Of a DNA stretch of 57,446 nt, positions 18,929 to 27,587 are shown piece by piece. Below the pieces are notes generated by a model that did no database searches, had not been told where the DNA came from, and saw nothing but the letters and a program-made list of their open reading frames with translations. This DNA is from a virus (taxonomy: Duplodnaviria > Caudoviricetes). The stretch lies in IMG/VR virus record IMGVR_UViG_3300021108_000002, positions 1-57,446 of that record; one strand, written 5' to 3'. Made by a program: the position numbers and the translations under genes. How positions within the stretch are numbered: the first letter of the stretch is position 1; every line of letters begins with the position of its first letter.

Positions 18929-19258
18929 TTATATTCCTAACTTCTGATTAATTAAATCTTCTTCTTCTTGTGTCACCTCAGCCTTCCAATGTCCCTTTGG
19001 GCAATCTGAAGATAGAGATCTAGTTTTAAAACTTAAACTACATCCGCATCCACTAAGTTCTTGATTGCAACATGGACCTGTACCAGGAACTAAACATCCT
19101 TTATCATCTTCTGTATATAGATCACAGAAGAAGCATATATCCATTCTACGTTTAGCAATCTCCTCTACATCCTCTCTCTTAAAGATGGAGTTAGTTATTC
19201 CCTCCAGGATCTGTCCCTTTGCTTTCCAAATTTGTATTATGTTCTCTTTTAGACTCAT
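18929..19258 (-). CDS. Cys-rich hypothetical protein (likely start MSLKEN)
   Basis: RMDICFFC...CGCSLSFKTRSLSSDCPKGHW, a common phage Zn-binding pattern. Confidence 0.6.
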   Translation of the reverse strand: MSLKENIIQIWKAKGQILEGITNSIFKREDVEEIAKRRMDICFFCDLYTEDDKGCLVPGTGPCCNQELSGCGCSLSFKTRSLSSDCPKGHWKAEVTQEEEDLINQKLGI

Positions 19259-19622
19259 CAGTTTTGGTTTTATGTAACTTAATAAAATCTTTCCTTTGTT
19301 TCTCTTCATCCATCAAAGCTTTAATTGCTTTTAAATCAAAGAGTGTCTCATCTGTTCTAAACCTGGTTACAATTTCTTGTAATCCTTTTTGTCTAAAGTT
19401 GTCTTTAAACTTTTCTAACTTATCAATCTTATCATCTAACTTCCAATGCTTTATTGTAAAGTCTCCAAGATTGGTAATATGTATTCTACTATGTTTTAAG
19501 CTTGATAGACTTTTTCTTATCTCTTGCCAATAGAACGATGTGACATCTGTCACCATCTGTTGCGACAAGTGCAGCTCTTCAGCTACAATAGGAAGTATGT
19601 CTTTATACTTTTTAGGCTTCAA
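19191..19622 (-). CDS. HU/IHF-like DNA-binding protein
   Basis: VAEELHLSQQMV...IHITNLGDFTIK fits the HU/IHF fold; such genes are common in crAss-like phages. Confidence 0.65.
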   Translation of the reverse strand: MKPKKYKDILPIVAEELHLSQQMVTDVTSFYWQEIRKSLSSLKHSRIHITNLGDFTIKHWKLDDKIDKLEKFKDNFRQKGLQEIVTRFRTDETLFDLKAIKALMDEEKQRKDFIKLHKTKTDESKREHNTNLESKGTDPGGNN

Positions 19623-19974
19623 CGCTTAAAAATTTATAGTCTAACAAAATATTTCCTTGAGCATGTAGTTTAAGACTAGAATTAATAGAAATCTTTTTCT
19701 TATTCTTTCCTTCTTTTACAATCAATCCTTTCCTTTCAGCTTTAGTGAGACAGTTACGTACAGACTGTGTGCTAGAAAAGATTTTCTTATCATATGCTTT
19801 GTTACAGAAATGTGTTAGTTCTTGATCTCCTTCAATAGCCAATAGAGTGAGACAGTTTAAATCTGCTTCACTAACTGGTATCTCAAAAAGATAACAATGT
19901 GTGAGTATCTGATACTTGACAATCTGCCAAGTGGTCATCTTCACTCTTTTATCCACCTGATTAACTAGTGCCAT
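19612..19974 (-). CDS. Winged-helix DNA-binding protein
   Basis: STQSVRNCLTKAERKGLIVK wHTH-like signature. Confidence 0.55.
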   Translation of the reverse strand: MALVNQVDKRVKMTTWQIVKYQILTHCYLFEIPVSEADLNCLTLLAIEGDQELTHFCNKAYDKKIFSSTQSVRNCLTKAERKGLIVKEGKNKKKISINSSLKLHAQGNILLDYKFLSVEA

Positions 19975-20405
19975 TATAATGTGATTTTAAAACTCGTGTA
20001 ATTTTCTTTTGTTTTGTTCCAATCCTTATAAGAAAGAATAGACTCAGCTCCTAGGTTTTTGAATATATGCCAACTAGCTCCTTCACGAGCTTCTCCTGTA
20101 ATAAACTCATAACCCATTTCCTGTGCCCAATCCATAAGGGAATGGATTATTGCATATCCCAATCCTTTTTCCCTATGGCTAGGAAGCACAGTGAAACTAT
20201 CTATATGTAATACGTTGCCACTCTGCCATGATGTAATAATCTCTCCAAATAACACTGACTTATCATAGAACCATATCCCTTGACATGTTTCATGTTCTGT
20301 CAGCATGTACAACTTGTACTTATTATCCCATCGTAACTCTTTCGGATGCTCTCGTTCAAAAATAAATGATGATGAGTAGTCCTTAAGCTTATAGGCAACA
20401 ACCAT
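19974..20405 (-). CDS. GNAT family acetyltransferase
   Basis: IDSFTVLPSHREKGLG acetyl-CoA-binding motif A. Confidence 0.8.
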   Translation of the reverse strand: MVVAYKLKDYSSSFIFEREHPKELRWDNKYKLYMLTEHETCQGIWFYDKSVLFGEIITSWQSGNVLHIDSFTVLPSHREKGLGYAIIHSLMDWAQEMGYEFITGEAREGASWHIFKNLGAESILSYKDWNKTKENYTSFKITL

Positions 20406-20411
20406 ATTAAT

Positions 20412-20759
20412 TTATTTGTCTTTCTTTAAAGATCTTTTTTCTGTAGGAGGCATAGAAGGAATAATCACTTCGTCTCCCACCTTAATACCCTCTTCTACAA
20501 GTTCTGGATTATTATCCATATCTTCTTGTGTAATAGTGTGAGGGGTGCCTTCTGGTTTAGCTCCCCCTTGTTGGGTCATCTGTGCAATAAAAGCTAAAGC
20601 CTTAAGCTCTTCTGCTCTTGCACTAGCTAATCCAGTGTTTAACTCCTGCAACTCTAGCTGCACAGTTTTCACTTCAATCTGCTCTTTAATAAAAGCAATG
20701 ATCTCTTCTTTGGTAGGAACCTTCTGTTCTTCCTGTTCTGTGTTTTGTTCTTTTTTCAT
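20412..20759 (-). CDS. Hypothetical protein
   Basis: 115 aa with AAACCAAA leader. Confidence 0.6.
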   Translation of the reverse strand: MKKEQNTEQEEQKVPTKEEIIAFIKEQIEVKTVQLELQELNTGLASARAEELKALAFIAQMTQQGGAKPEGTPHTITQEDMDNNPELVEEGIKVGDEVIIPSMPPTEKRSLKKDK

Positions 20760-20777
20760 TTTGGTTTTTTTATTGGT

Positions 20778-21089
20778 TTAAAAATCTAACTCATCCCCAT
20801 CCTTTTGTTCTTTAGGAGGATGAGACACTGTAGGTTGTTCATGATAATCAACAAATAGTTTTAAAAACTCCGGGTACGGTGTGTCTATAATGTACGTATC
20901 CCCAGGCTCTGTGAAGATGGTGGTACAGTTAAACACTAAGGAGTCCTCTTCTAGGGAAGTGAGCTTACAAGCAATCACTACATCTAGATGGAATGCAAAG
21001 GACATCCACTGACCCTTGTCCTCTATACCCATAAGCTCCACTTTTTCAATATCTAATGCGTGACAGTGGATGTTACAAACATGTATCAT
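20778..21089 (-). CDS. Hypothetical protein, first gene of leftward late block
   Basis: 103 aa, just downstream of GTATATTA motif. Confidence 0.6.
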   Translation of the reverse strand: MIHVCNIHCHALDIEKVELMGIEDKGQWMSFAFHLDVVIACKLTSLEEDSLVFNCTTIFTEPGDTYIIDTPYPEFLKLFVDYHEQPTVSHPPKEQKDGDELDF

Positions 21090-21108
21090 ATAATCTTGGT
21101 TTATAGTA

Positions 21109-21116
21109 TAATATAC
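21109..21116 (-). promoter_or_regulatory. Putative late promoter motif GTATATTA (also 4870-4877, 11665-11672, 46349-46356)
   Basis: Same 8-mer 20-60 nt upstream of four minus-strand structural/lysis gene starts. Confidence 0.55.
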
Positions 21117-21333
21117 TTATTAGGTTTAAACTTAACAAATTTAATTATAAAAAACCAACTTAGCAAATTTTATTTTTTTTTCACCCACCAAATTTACCCC
21201 CCGCCTAACCATACAGTTTATATTAGAGATTGTAAGTGCCACCCCGTTAAATAACTCCACCCCTTCCTGAAGCTGCCGCATACCCCCTTACTTCCAGCAG
21301 TATTATTAATTTAAATCTTTAAACTCTAAAACC

Positions 21334-21588
21334 ATGAGCAAGATCACATTTCTTTCAGTAGCCGCTTTCAAGAAAGTAGCAGGACTTACTAAACTAGACA
21401 TCGTTCTAAATTCTAAGTCTGACAAAATCAGCGTCCTTGGTGACGACACAACCTTCTATCGTTGCCAACAAAGCATTGACCCTAAAGGCCATATGGCATT
21501 CTTAATTCCAGACGGAATCTTAGACGATGCATGCTTAGTTAATACGTCTACAGAAGGTAGTCCATTAGAGACACAGTTCAGTCTCTAG
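21334..21588 (+). CDS. Hypothetical protein, first rightward gene
   Basis: 84 aa, A-rich leader, followed by hairpin terminator. Confidence 0.65.
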   Translation: MSKITFLSVAAFKKVAGLTKLDIVLNSKSDKISVLGDDTTFYRCQQSIDPKGHMAFLIPDGILDDACLVNTSTEGSPLETQFSL

Positions 21589-21595
21589 TACATTA

Positions 21596-21629
21596 ATAAC
21601 AGGCCGGCAGTTTGTCGGCTTGTTATTTT
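21596..21629 (+). terminator. Rho-independent terminator
   Basis: ATAACAGGCCGGCA-GTT-TGTCGGCTTGTTAT followed by TTT. Confidence 0.65.
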
Positions 21630-21876
21630 GTTAGAACAGCTGTTGTTGGTCTGACACGGTTAATTATTCACCCATCCCTAAACTTACGTTCTATGATTAG
21701 ATCTAAGACTCTTGTATTCCATACCTGGGACATGTTCCGTAATTGGTATGAATACATTAAACTACGCTTTACTAACCTAAAGCTAGTACTGGCCAAGCTA
21801 TACTCTGGATATATGTCCAAAGTGTTAGTTGTTGTCACATACTAACTCGTTAATACTTAACTAGTTGTGTGTGTGT

Positions 21877-21907
21877 AAGTGAGTGGTAGGCAACTGTCAC
21901 TCACTTT
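21877..21907 (+). terminator. Hairpin / terminator
   Basis: AAGTGAGTGGTAG-GCAA-CTGTCACTCACTT followed by a T-rich tract. Confidence 0.55.
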
Positions 21908-21999
21908 CTTCATCTTTTCCATTAGCCATAAACCACACTTCCGAGTGCGGATAAGATAGCTATAATTAATCATCTCTTAACAATCTCATACAAAACATT

Positions 22000-22278
22000 A
22001 TGAAAAACCTTTCATACTTCTTCACAGCATTAGGTGTATGCTTAATGTTCTTTACTCTCTACATCATGTTTAATCCAGGTGATTATCAAGATAGAGATTT
22101 TGTCTTAGGCTTGTTCTCTGGTATACTTATAAGCTTTATAGGTTTTACACTAGAGACACATACTAGACCTTCCGATTCTAGGTACCAACGTGACCACAAG
22201 CGGAGGCTTTTACGTACTTCCTACTCAGTGGTCATCCTTTCAGCTATCATGGTTGTATTGACGCTTATATGGCTTTAG
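22000..22278 (+). CDS. Small membrane protein (3 TM)
   Basis: 92 aa with three hydrophobic segments. Confidence 0.6.
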   Translation: MKNLSYFFTALGVCLMFFTLYIMFNPGDYQDRDFVLGLFSGILISFIGFTLETHTRPSDSRYQRDHKRRLLRTSYSVVILSAIMVVLTLIWL

Positions 22279-22283
22279 TTAAG

Positions 22284-22366
22284 TGAGGTCATTTATGACC
22301 CCATTAACATACTACTATATAGTTAACTCTTACTACTATGTTAAGGAGGGGTCAAATATGACCTCA
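22284..22366. repeat. Long inverted repeat built from two GGTCA-N4-TGACC palindromes
   Basis: TGAGGTCATTTATGACCCCATTAACATA ... TATGTTAAGGAGGGGTCAAATATGACCTCA. Confidence 0.75.
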
Positions 22367-22407
22367 TTAAACAATTATAACCTCTAATCATTTAAAAATA
22401 ATTCGTT

Positions 22408-22719
22408 ATGCGTAATACAATTACACAGCCTTATGGCTACAAGGTATTTAGTATTGGGACAATTACGGTTTACAGTGCTAAAATCCGAGTTAAAGCAGAC
22501 TACAGTGAGTTTGACTTTATGTTTATTAGTATGGCTGACAACCACCCTATAATTATTAGCAACCATAAAAATAACTGTGTTGCTATTAGTTGGGCCACTA
22601 CTGATTACATAGTACATAACATGTACAGAGAGCTACTTAATAACAAGCTAGCCTCGATTATGCATGCACGTATAGACAGTAAGTATACTAAACATACTCC
22701 TGAATATATGTGCTTGTAG
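22408..22719 (+). CDS. Hypothetical protein
   Basis: 103 aa ORF, co-oriented with block. Confidence 0.55.
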   Translation: MRNTITQPYGYKVFSIGTITVYSAKIRVKADYSEFDFMFISMADNHPIIISNHKNNCVAISWATTDYIVHNMYRELLNNKLASIMHARIDSKYTKHTPEYMCL

Positions 22720-22830
22720 CTTAACAAACAGTTTGAAAACAGGAGTTTATCTGGTCTACTTCATTGATCAGAGGCTTTGTAGGTTGAAGCACAAAACCTA
22801 CATATTTCTAACCATCTAAATAAAACTCAA

Positions 22831-23067
22831 ATGGATAATATTCATTACGATAATCAAAGAATCTATTGTGACACTAACAAGGTTCCTTTCTTTGCATCTT
22901 CTAATTGTAACCATACATATGGTTGGGTTAGAGATGACAGGTACGGTAAGCTTCAGACATTGTCTGAGATGCTAATAGAGAAACATGGAGAAGAAGAAGC
23001 ATTTAAAATCTCTTCCTCTACACATATCATCTCTTGTCCAACATGTAGTAGAAGCTGGTGCGACTAA
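22831..23067 (+). CDS. Hypothetical protein with CxxC motif
   Basis: 78 aa, C-terminal CPTCSRSWCD. Confidence 0.6.
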   Translation: MDNIHYDNQRIYCDTNKVPFFASSNCNHTYGWVRDDRYGKLQTLSEMLIEKHGEEEAFKISSSTHIISCPTCSRSWCD

Positions 23068-23071
23068 TATT

Positions 23072-23206
23072 ATGAAAAGAAGATATATAATCTTATACAT
23101 AATCAAGTGGACAGTATTCTATACTTGTCTGATAGCACTAATGGCACTGCTCACTACATGGTGGATCAGTTTTATAAAGTATTTCCCTCAAATAGAACAA
23201 TATTAA
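23072..23206 (+). CDS. Small membrane peptide (44 aa)
   Basis: MKRRYIILYIIKWTVFYTCLIALMALL...; starts 4 nt after previous stop. Confidence 0.45.
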   Translation: MKRRYIILYIIKWTVFYTCLIALMALLTTWWISFIKYFPQIEQY

Positions 23207-23288
23207 ACTTATGTATGGATGGTTAGCCCTGGAGATCACATCAAAGGGGGTACATCTATATAATTATTAATCCTTTAATTCATTAAAC

Positions 23289-23882
23289 ATGAAAGTATTC
23301 AAATTAACTGCTCACGAGCAGACTTACAGTGTAACTATAAAACTAGGTAAGTATGCCAATGGGCGTACAGCTATATATTTAGATGATACAAACGAAGGTT
23401 ATCCTTATGCAACAGCTACAGTGAACATAGATCATGTTCTTTTAGCTGATGATGAAGTGCTAATCAAAGACTACTCAGAGAATGAGGGTATGTTAGACTT
23501 CCTTATAAAGAATAACATAGTGACGCCAACACCTAATGGTGTACAGTCAGGTTTTGTATGGCTACCAGTAGCTATCCTTAATGACGAATCTGTATGGGGT
23601 GAAGCTCCTAATGCATATTGTATGGGTGATGAACCTGAATATGACAGTGCTGGTTATAGTGAATCTGATAGAAAACCTTTAGTTGCATCATATGTTGATG
23701 TTAATGAGCGTAGTGCTCCTAACAGTAATGGTTGGATGTCAATGAATAAATTAGATCCTGCACCAGATGAGATCAACACCACAACAGGTAAATCTATGTG
23801 GATTGTTAAAGGCTACAAGATCTGGGCTGATTCATATCAGCAAGCTGTGAAAGAATTATTACCTCTTATAGAACAAGCTTAA
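23289..23882 (+). CDS. DUF4313-like protein
   Basis: YANGRTAIYL...PYATATVNI...IKDYSENEGM motif. Confidence 0.55.
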   Translation: MKVFKLTAHEQTYSVTIKLGKYANGRTAIYLDDTNEGYPYATATVNIDHVLLADDEVLIKDYSENEGMLDFLIKNNIVTPTPNGVQSGFVWLPVAILNDESVWGEAPNAYCMGDEPEYDSAGYSESDRKPLVASYVDVNERSAPNSNGWMSMNKLDPAPDEINTTTGKSMWIVKGYKIWADSYQQAVKELLPLIEQA

Positions 23883-23900
23883 TCATTTAAAAACAAACAT

Positions 23901-24302
23901 ATGTCACAGAAAAAACTGACACCAACAATTGCTAAAGCGTTAGCAGAGAAAGTGAGAGCTGAATTAGTAGCTCGTCACAAAGGAAGTTCTGAAATCCTTA
24001 TAACTAAAGTGCAATCCTCTAAACTCTATAAAGAGTTATTATTAACCATTGCTAAGATCAATGAGCTTGAAGAAAAAAGACAGCTTATCAGAAAAGAAAT
24101 AGAGGATAAATTCTCTACAAAGATATCTGATGTAGGTGTGTCTGCTTATCATTCAGAGCCTCATGTATCTGTTAACTACCATGCTTCATTATCGGTAGAT
24201 AGTATCAAAGACATGATCTTAATAGAAGATTATATGTCTGATGATACAAAAACTGCAGAAGAGTTTATCACTTATATTGCAGACAAGATTCTTAATCATT
24301 AA
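23901..24302 (+). CDS. Hypothetical protein
   Basis: 133 aa ORF. Confidence 0.65.
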   Translation: MSQKKLTPTIAKALAEKVRAELVARHKGSSEILITKVQSSKLYKELLLTIAKINELEEKRQLIRKEIEDKFSTKISDVGVSAYHSEPHVSVNYHASLSVDSIKDMILIEDYMSDDTKTAEEFITYIADKILNH

Positions 24303-24323
24303 TCAATCATAAAATAAACAAAA

Positions 24324-24695
24324 ATGGGTACTATCCAAAAACCAGGTAAATTCTTCACTAATGAAGAAATCAGTAAACTAATGCCATATATCAATGGTAA
24401 TTTAAGGTTTGACTATAATGTAGCTAAAGGATTAGCTGCAGAATTGTCTAGAACAACTAATTCCGTACATAAATATGTACGTAATCAAAAGGTTATCTAC
24501 AAAGACCTTGGAAGAGTTAAGAGAAGATATACTAAGAAAGTTAGTAATGATGTAAAAGTAACTACTGATAAATCTGTAGTTAATACAACTAACATCATTA
24601 AACATGGTGAGTTTATCATTCCAATTAATTCTTTTGAGTTACGTAATGACAAAGGAGTAACTAGTTTGGTATTAAAGTTTAAAAAGTTTAACTAA
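24324..24695 (+). CDS. Hypothetical protein (possible HTH)
   Basis: 123 aa; LAAELSRTTNSV. Confidence 0.6.
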   Translation: MGTIQKPGKFFTNEEISKLMPYINGNLRFDYNVAKGLAAELSRTTNSVHKYVRNQKVIYKDLGRVKRRYTKKVSNDVKVTTDKSVVNTTNIIKHGEFIIPINSFELRNDKGVTSLVLKFKKFN

Positions 24696-24703
24696 ACCAA
24701 TAT

Positions 24704-24732
24704 AGAGAGGTTAGAAATAGCCTCTCTCTTTT
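24704..24732 (+). terminator. Rho-independent terminator
   Basis: AGAGAGGTTA-GAAA-TAGCCTCTCT followed by CTTTT. Confidence 0.7.
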
Positions 24733-24744
24733 AAAACTAAAGCT

Positions 24745-25323
24745 ATGTTACTAAAAGAAAGAGACTTTGATCATAACAGGGATGAATTTCATGAAGCTAT
24801 GAATATTCCTGGTTATATTAGAACTAAATGTCGTGAGCGTATTTTCTTTGCAGCTTTCTCAAATGCTCTACAAAGAGCTGAGTTGTTTGAAGATGAAGAT
24901 GATGCTCCTAAAGACATGTCTACCGTTACAGGTGACCTACAACGTTGTCTTAAAATGATCAACGATCCATTAGAATATGAATACACTTTACTTACCTTTT
25001 ATGGTCATCAGCGTATGGCTATGGAAGCATATAGTAGATATAAGTATTTAAATTCATCGTCTCAGTCTAAAGAAGATAAAATTAAGTTAAGTATTATTAA
25101 CTTGATGATGGATCTTAAAGAAAAACAAGAAGACGAAGAAAATAATAGTAAAGAAGATGATGAAATAGATAACATTACGGTTAATACAACCATTAAGAGA
25201 ATATCTATTGTTAAAAGTTCACTTTATAACTTTGATACATACTTAAAACTAGTATCTAAAAAGTTAAGCAGTCGACCAGACAGTGACTTTAATGTAGATG
25301 ATTTCTTGAAGGACTATCTTTGA
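24745..25323 (+). CDS. Hypothetical protein
   Basis: 192 aa ORF. Confidence 0.65.
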   Translation: MLLKERDFDHNRDEFHEAMNIPGYIRTKCRERIFFAAFSNALQRAELFEDEDDAPKDMSTVTGDLQRCLKMINDPLEYEYTLLTFYGHQRMAMEAYSRYKYLNSSSQSKEDKIKLSIINLMMDLKEKQEDEENNSKEDDEIDNITVNTTIKRISIVKSSLYNFDTYLKLVSKKLSSRPDSDFNVDDFLKDYL

Positions 25324-25342
25324 TTAGGGTTAGTTAGTAGTT

Positions 25343-25379
25343 TGTAGAGGAAGGTCTTTGGCCTCCTCTACATTTTTTC
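25343..25379 (+). terminator. Rho-independent terminator
   Basis: TGTAGAGGAAGGTC-TTT-GGCCTCCTCTACA followed by T7. Confidence 0.75.
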
Positions 25380-25390
25380 TACTATATTTG
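25357..25390 (+). promoter_or_regulatory. Bacteroidota-type promoter (-33 TTTG / -7 TAnnTTTG)
   Basis: TATATTTG at 25383-25390, TTTG 22 nt upstream. Confidence 0.5.
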
Positions 25391-25428
25391 TATAACAACA
25401 GTCATAAACCACACACAATACATGATGC

Positions 25429-25716
25429 ATGAAAAGCACAAATCCACGTTTACAAAAAGGCTTTGGTCAAGTCTCTAATGAAGTGATGAGAAACCCAGAG
25501 TTATCTTTGAAAGACAAGGGCTTGTACGCATATCTATGTACGTTTGCTGGTAGTCAAACTAATGAACTTATTGTAAGTGTATACCGCATGGCAGATGAAT
25601 GTGGAACAAGTCCGTCATCTATAAAGAGAAGCATAGATACTCTTGTATCTATGGGAATTATAGATAGACTCTTTATGGGTAAGGGTAACACTAGAAAAAC
25701 TATTATATTAAAATAA
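25429..25716 (+). CDS. Helix-turn-helix protein (HTH_36 / replication-initiator N-terminal-like)
   Basis: GFGQVSNEVMRNPELSLKDKGLYAYL...SPSSIKRSIDTLVSMGII. Confidence 0.7.
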   Translation: MKSTNPRLQKGFGQVSNEVMRNPELSLKDKGLYAYLCTFAGSQTNELIVSVYRMADECGTSPSSIKRSIDTLVSMGIIDRLFMGKGNTRKTIILK

Positions 25717-25719
25717 TAT

Positions 25720-25792
25720 AGTCAGGTGGCTGTAATTGGTAACAGCGGTGCAATATTGCATAGAAATGCAGGTTCAAGTCCTGTCTTGACTA
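25720..25792 (+). ncRNA. tRNA-like RNA with collapsed anticodon loop
   Basis: Acceptor AGTCAGG/CTTGACT, D-arm GCTG-TAATTGGTAA-CAGC, T-arm GCAGG-TTCAAGT-CCTGT; anticodon arm GTGCA-ATAT-TGCAT has only a 4-nt loop. Confidence 0.75.
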
Positions 25793-25877
25793 TATATTGA
25801 TATTAGCTGATTGTATTAACGTCATGTAAGTCATTGGCCATCGGCCAGCATTGGCTTGGTATAGTAGCTATTTAATT

Positions 25878-26054
25878 AAAGGGTCTGATCTGAGGAGCTA
25901 TATAGCGTATTAACTAAATTAGTCAGGGCAGTATCAAGTTGAGCGGTTCCGTCACTCAGTGGTTGCAAACTAAGAGTGGTCATACCTAGTAACAGTCGAT
26001 CAGAACAGCACTAGACCCATAAGAACTATGGAACCCTTGGATAGACCCTTTTTT
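25878..26054 (+). ncRNA. Putative structured ncRNA domain
   Basis: Closed by AAAGGGTCT/AGACCCTTT; internal helices GGTTCC/GGAACC, CACTC/GAGTG, CTAGT/ACTAG; no ORF in track. Confidence 0.5.
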
Positions 26055-26059
26055 AAGAC

Positions 26060-26262
26060 ATTACCAAATTGAAGTCAGTGGCAATAAGACCGGCCACGTG
26101 AAATGTCCCATGTAACAAGTTATGTGGAGCCATTATAAAACCGGACATTTGGGAGCAGTTAATGAAATCTCCATGTATGGAAGCTACTTATACGTTACGT
26201 GTAGCAGAACGCACTTATAAACAGACGGTAAATCGTTCCAATGGTGCCCCGAAAAAGTAATT
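26060..26262 (+). ncRNA. Putative structured ncRNA domain
   Basis: Helices GTGGC/GCCAC, AAATGTCC/GGACATTT, GGAG/CTCC, GCTAC/GTAGC, GAACG/CGTTC. Confidence 0.45.
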
Positions 26263-26270
26263 AACGAACC

Positions 26271-26304
26271 ATAGAGGATAGATATAACGTCTATCCTCTA
26301 TTTT
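26271..26304 (+). terminator. Rho-independent terminator
   Basis: ATAGAGGATAGAT-ATAAC-GTCTATCCTCTAT followed by TTT. Confidence 0.75.
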
Positions 26305-26315
26305 AAAACTAGATT

Positions 26316-26747
26316 ATGAAAACAGAAGATATTATTAACAAGTATCCTAAGATATTTGAAGATTACCAAGGTAATCCTAATGGAATTAATTGGCATGGTG
26401 TACCAGATGGCTGGTTACCAATTATAGATAAACTATGTGGTTGTATGCAATCATATATAGATCATAACACTACATATACAAAAGATGGACCTATAAAATC
26501 TATGCAAGTTAAGTGTACCCAAATGAAAGAAAAGTTTGGAGGACTACGTTTTTATGCTGATAGTCATGATGAGATCATAGAAGGTATGATAGAAATGGCT
26601 GAATATATGTGTGATAACACTTGTCAAGACTGTGGATCTGAAGAAGATCTCGGTGTAACATCTAATTGGATAAGTGTATTATGCAGAAATTGCGTAATTG
26701 CAAATGGTGATAGAGCTATGAACGCTTGGAAACCTAAAAGTAAATAA
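26316..26747 (+). CDS. Conserved phage protein with QxKEKFGxLRFY motif
   Basis: DGWLPII...QMKEKFGGLRFY...CQDCG...CRNC. Confidence 0.7.
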   Translation: MKTEDIINKYPKIFEDYQGNPNGINWHGVPDGWLPIIDKLCGCMQSYIDHNTTYTKDGPIKSMQVKCTQMKEKFGGLRFYADSHDEIIEGMIEMAEYMCDNTCQDCGSEEDLGVTSNWISVLCRNCVIANGDRAMNAWKPKSK

Positions 26748-26748
26748 A

Positions 26749-27027
26749 ATGGAAGATAAACATATTCTATTACTCTGTAGCTGTTATAGCTCAGAGCATC
26801 AAATGATTATACATTTAGATAAAGGTGGAGATATGTTTCCTCCAGAAGCATTTGTTCACGTACATCTAGTAAGACGGTCTTTTTTGTACCGTGTTAAGTA
26901 TGCAATTAAATACATATTTGGATTTACATCTAGATATGGAGCATGGGATGAATTTATCTTAGATAAATCTCATGTAAAATCTTTATTAGAAATAGCTAAA
27001 CACTTAGATGATGAAACAGTATACTAA
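26749..27027 (+). CDS. Hypothetical protein
   Basis: 92 aa, CxCxxxxH motif. Confidence 0.65.
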   Translation: MEDKHILLLCSCYSSEHQMIIHLDKGGDMFPPEAFVHVHLVRRSFLYRVKYAIKYIFGFTSRYGAWDEFILDKSHVKSLLEIAKHLDDETVY

Positions 27028-27577
27028 ACTACCTATACCTAAAGGTACAGCATGGGAGTACAAAAGATTAGATCATAAGTTACTTAGACTTATACATTGG
27101 CGTGTAAAAAACTTCTTTCATGGTATATGGAATATTATAAGATGGATGCCTACTTTATTTAAAGACAAAGATTGGGATGATTATTATATTACTAAGATCT
27201 TACAAAAGAAAATAGAGCATCAACGTGCTTATTTAGTAAAAGCTAATAGACATACTAATGTTGATAGAGATAACTATTGGATGACAGTGGTTCTCAATCT
27301 TATAGAAAGAAAGCATGAAGATTACTATGATATGGAACGTTATAACTATATAGTTCTTGGTCCAGATATATTTGGAGATGTAGAATCTGAAAATTTAGAT
27401 GAGTATATATCAAAATATCCAACTGCTAAACGAGCTGCTTTAAAAAAGTATGGTAAATACAGAAATATTGATGATAAAGAAACTCTTTCTTTATACATGG
27501 GACATATACGTCAACAAAGATGTGATGAACTTATTTATGAAATTCTTAAAAGACGTTCTGCCGAATGGTGGGATTAA
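27008..27577 (+). CDS. Hypothetical protein ending in WWD
   Basis: 189 aa, KDKDWD and C-terminal WWD, a pattern common in phage proteins. Confidence 0.65.
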   Translation: MMKQYTKLPIPKGTAWEYKRLDHKLLRLIHWRVKNFFHGIWNIIRWMPTLFKDKDWDDYYITKILQKKIEHQRAYLVKANRHTNVDRDNYWMTVVLNLIERKHEDYYDMERYNYIVLGPDIFGDVESENLDEYISKYPTAKRAALKKYGKYRNIDDKETLSLYMGHIRQQRCDELIYEILKRRSAEWWD

Positions 27578-27587
27578 ATAATCTATT

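Noticed and set aside
561-20781. Plus-strand ORFs overlapping the structural genes (e.g. 2337..2825, 9682..10032, 14752..15108)
   Set aside because: Antisense shadows of real minus-strand genes, with no motifs or leaders.
21612-21845. 77-aa ORF and nearby (GT)n run at about 21866-21876
   Set aside because: ORF starts with TTG inside a terminator hairpin and lacks a leader; the dinucleotide run is too short to interpret.
26060-26230. RNase P RNA or tmRNA identity (CAGAACGCACTTAT resembles an RNase P 3' motif)
   Set aside because: No GAGGAAAGUCC 5' element, no G3-U70 acceptor and no tag frame evident.
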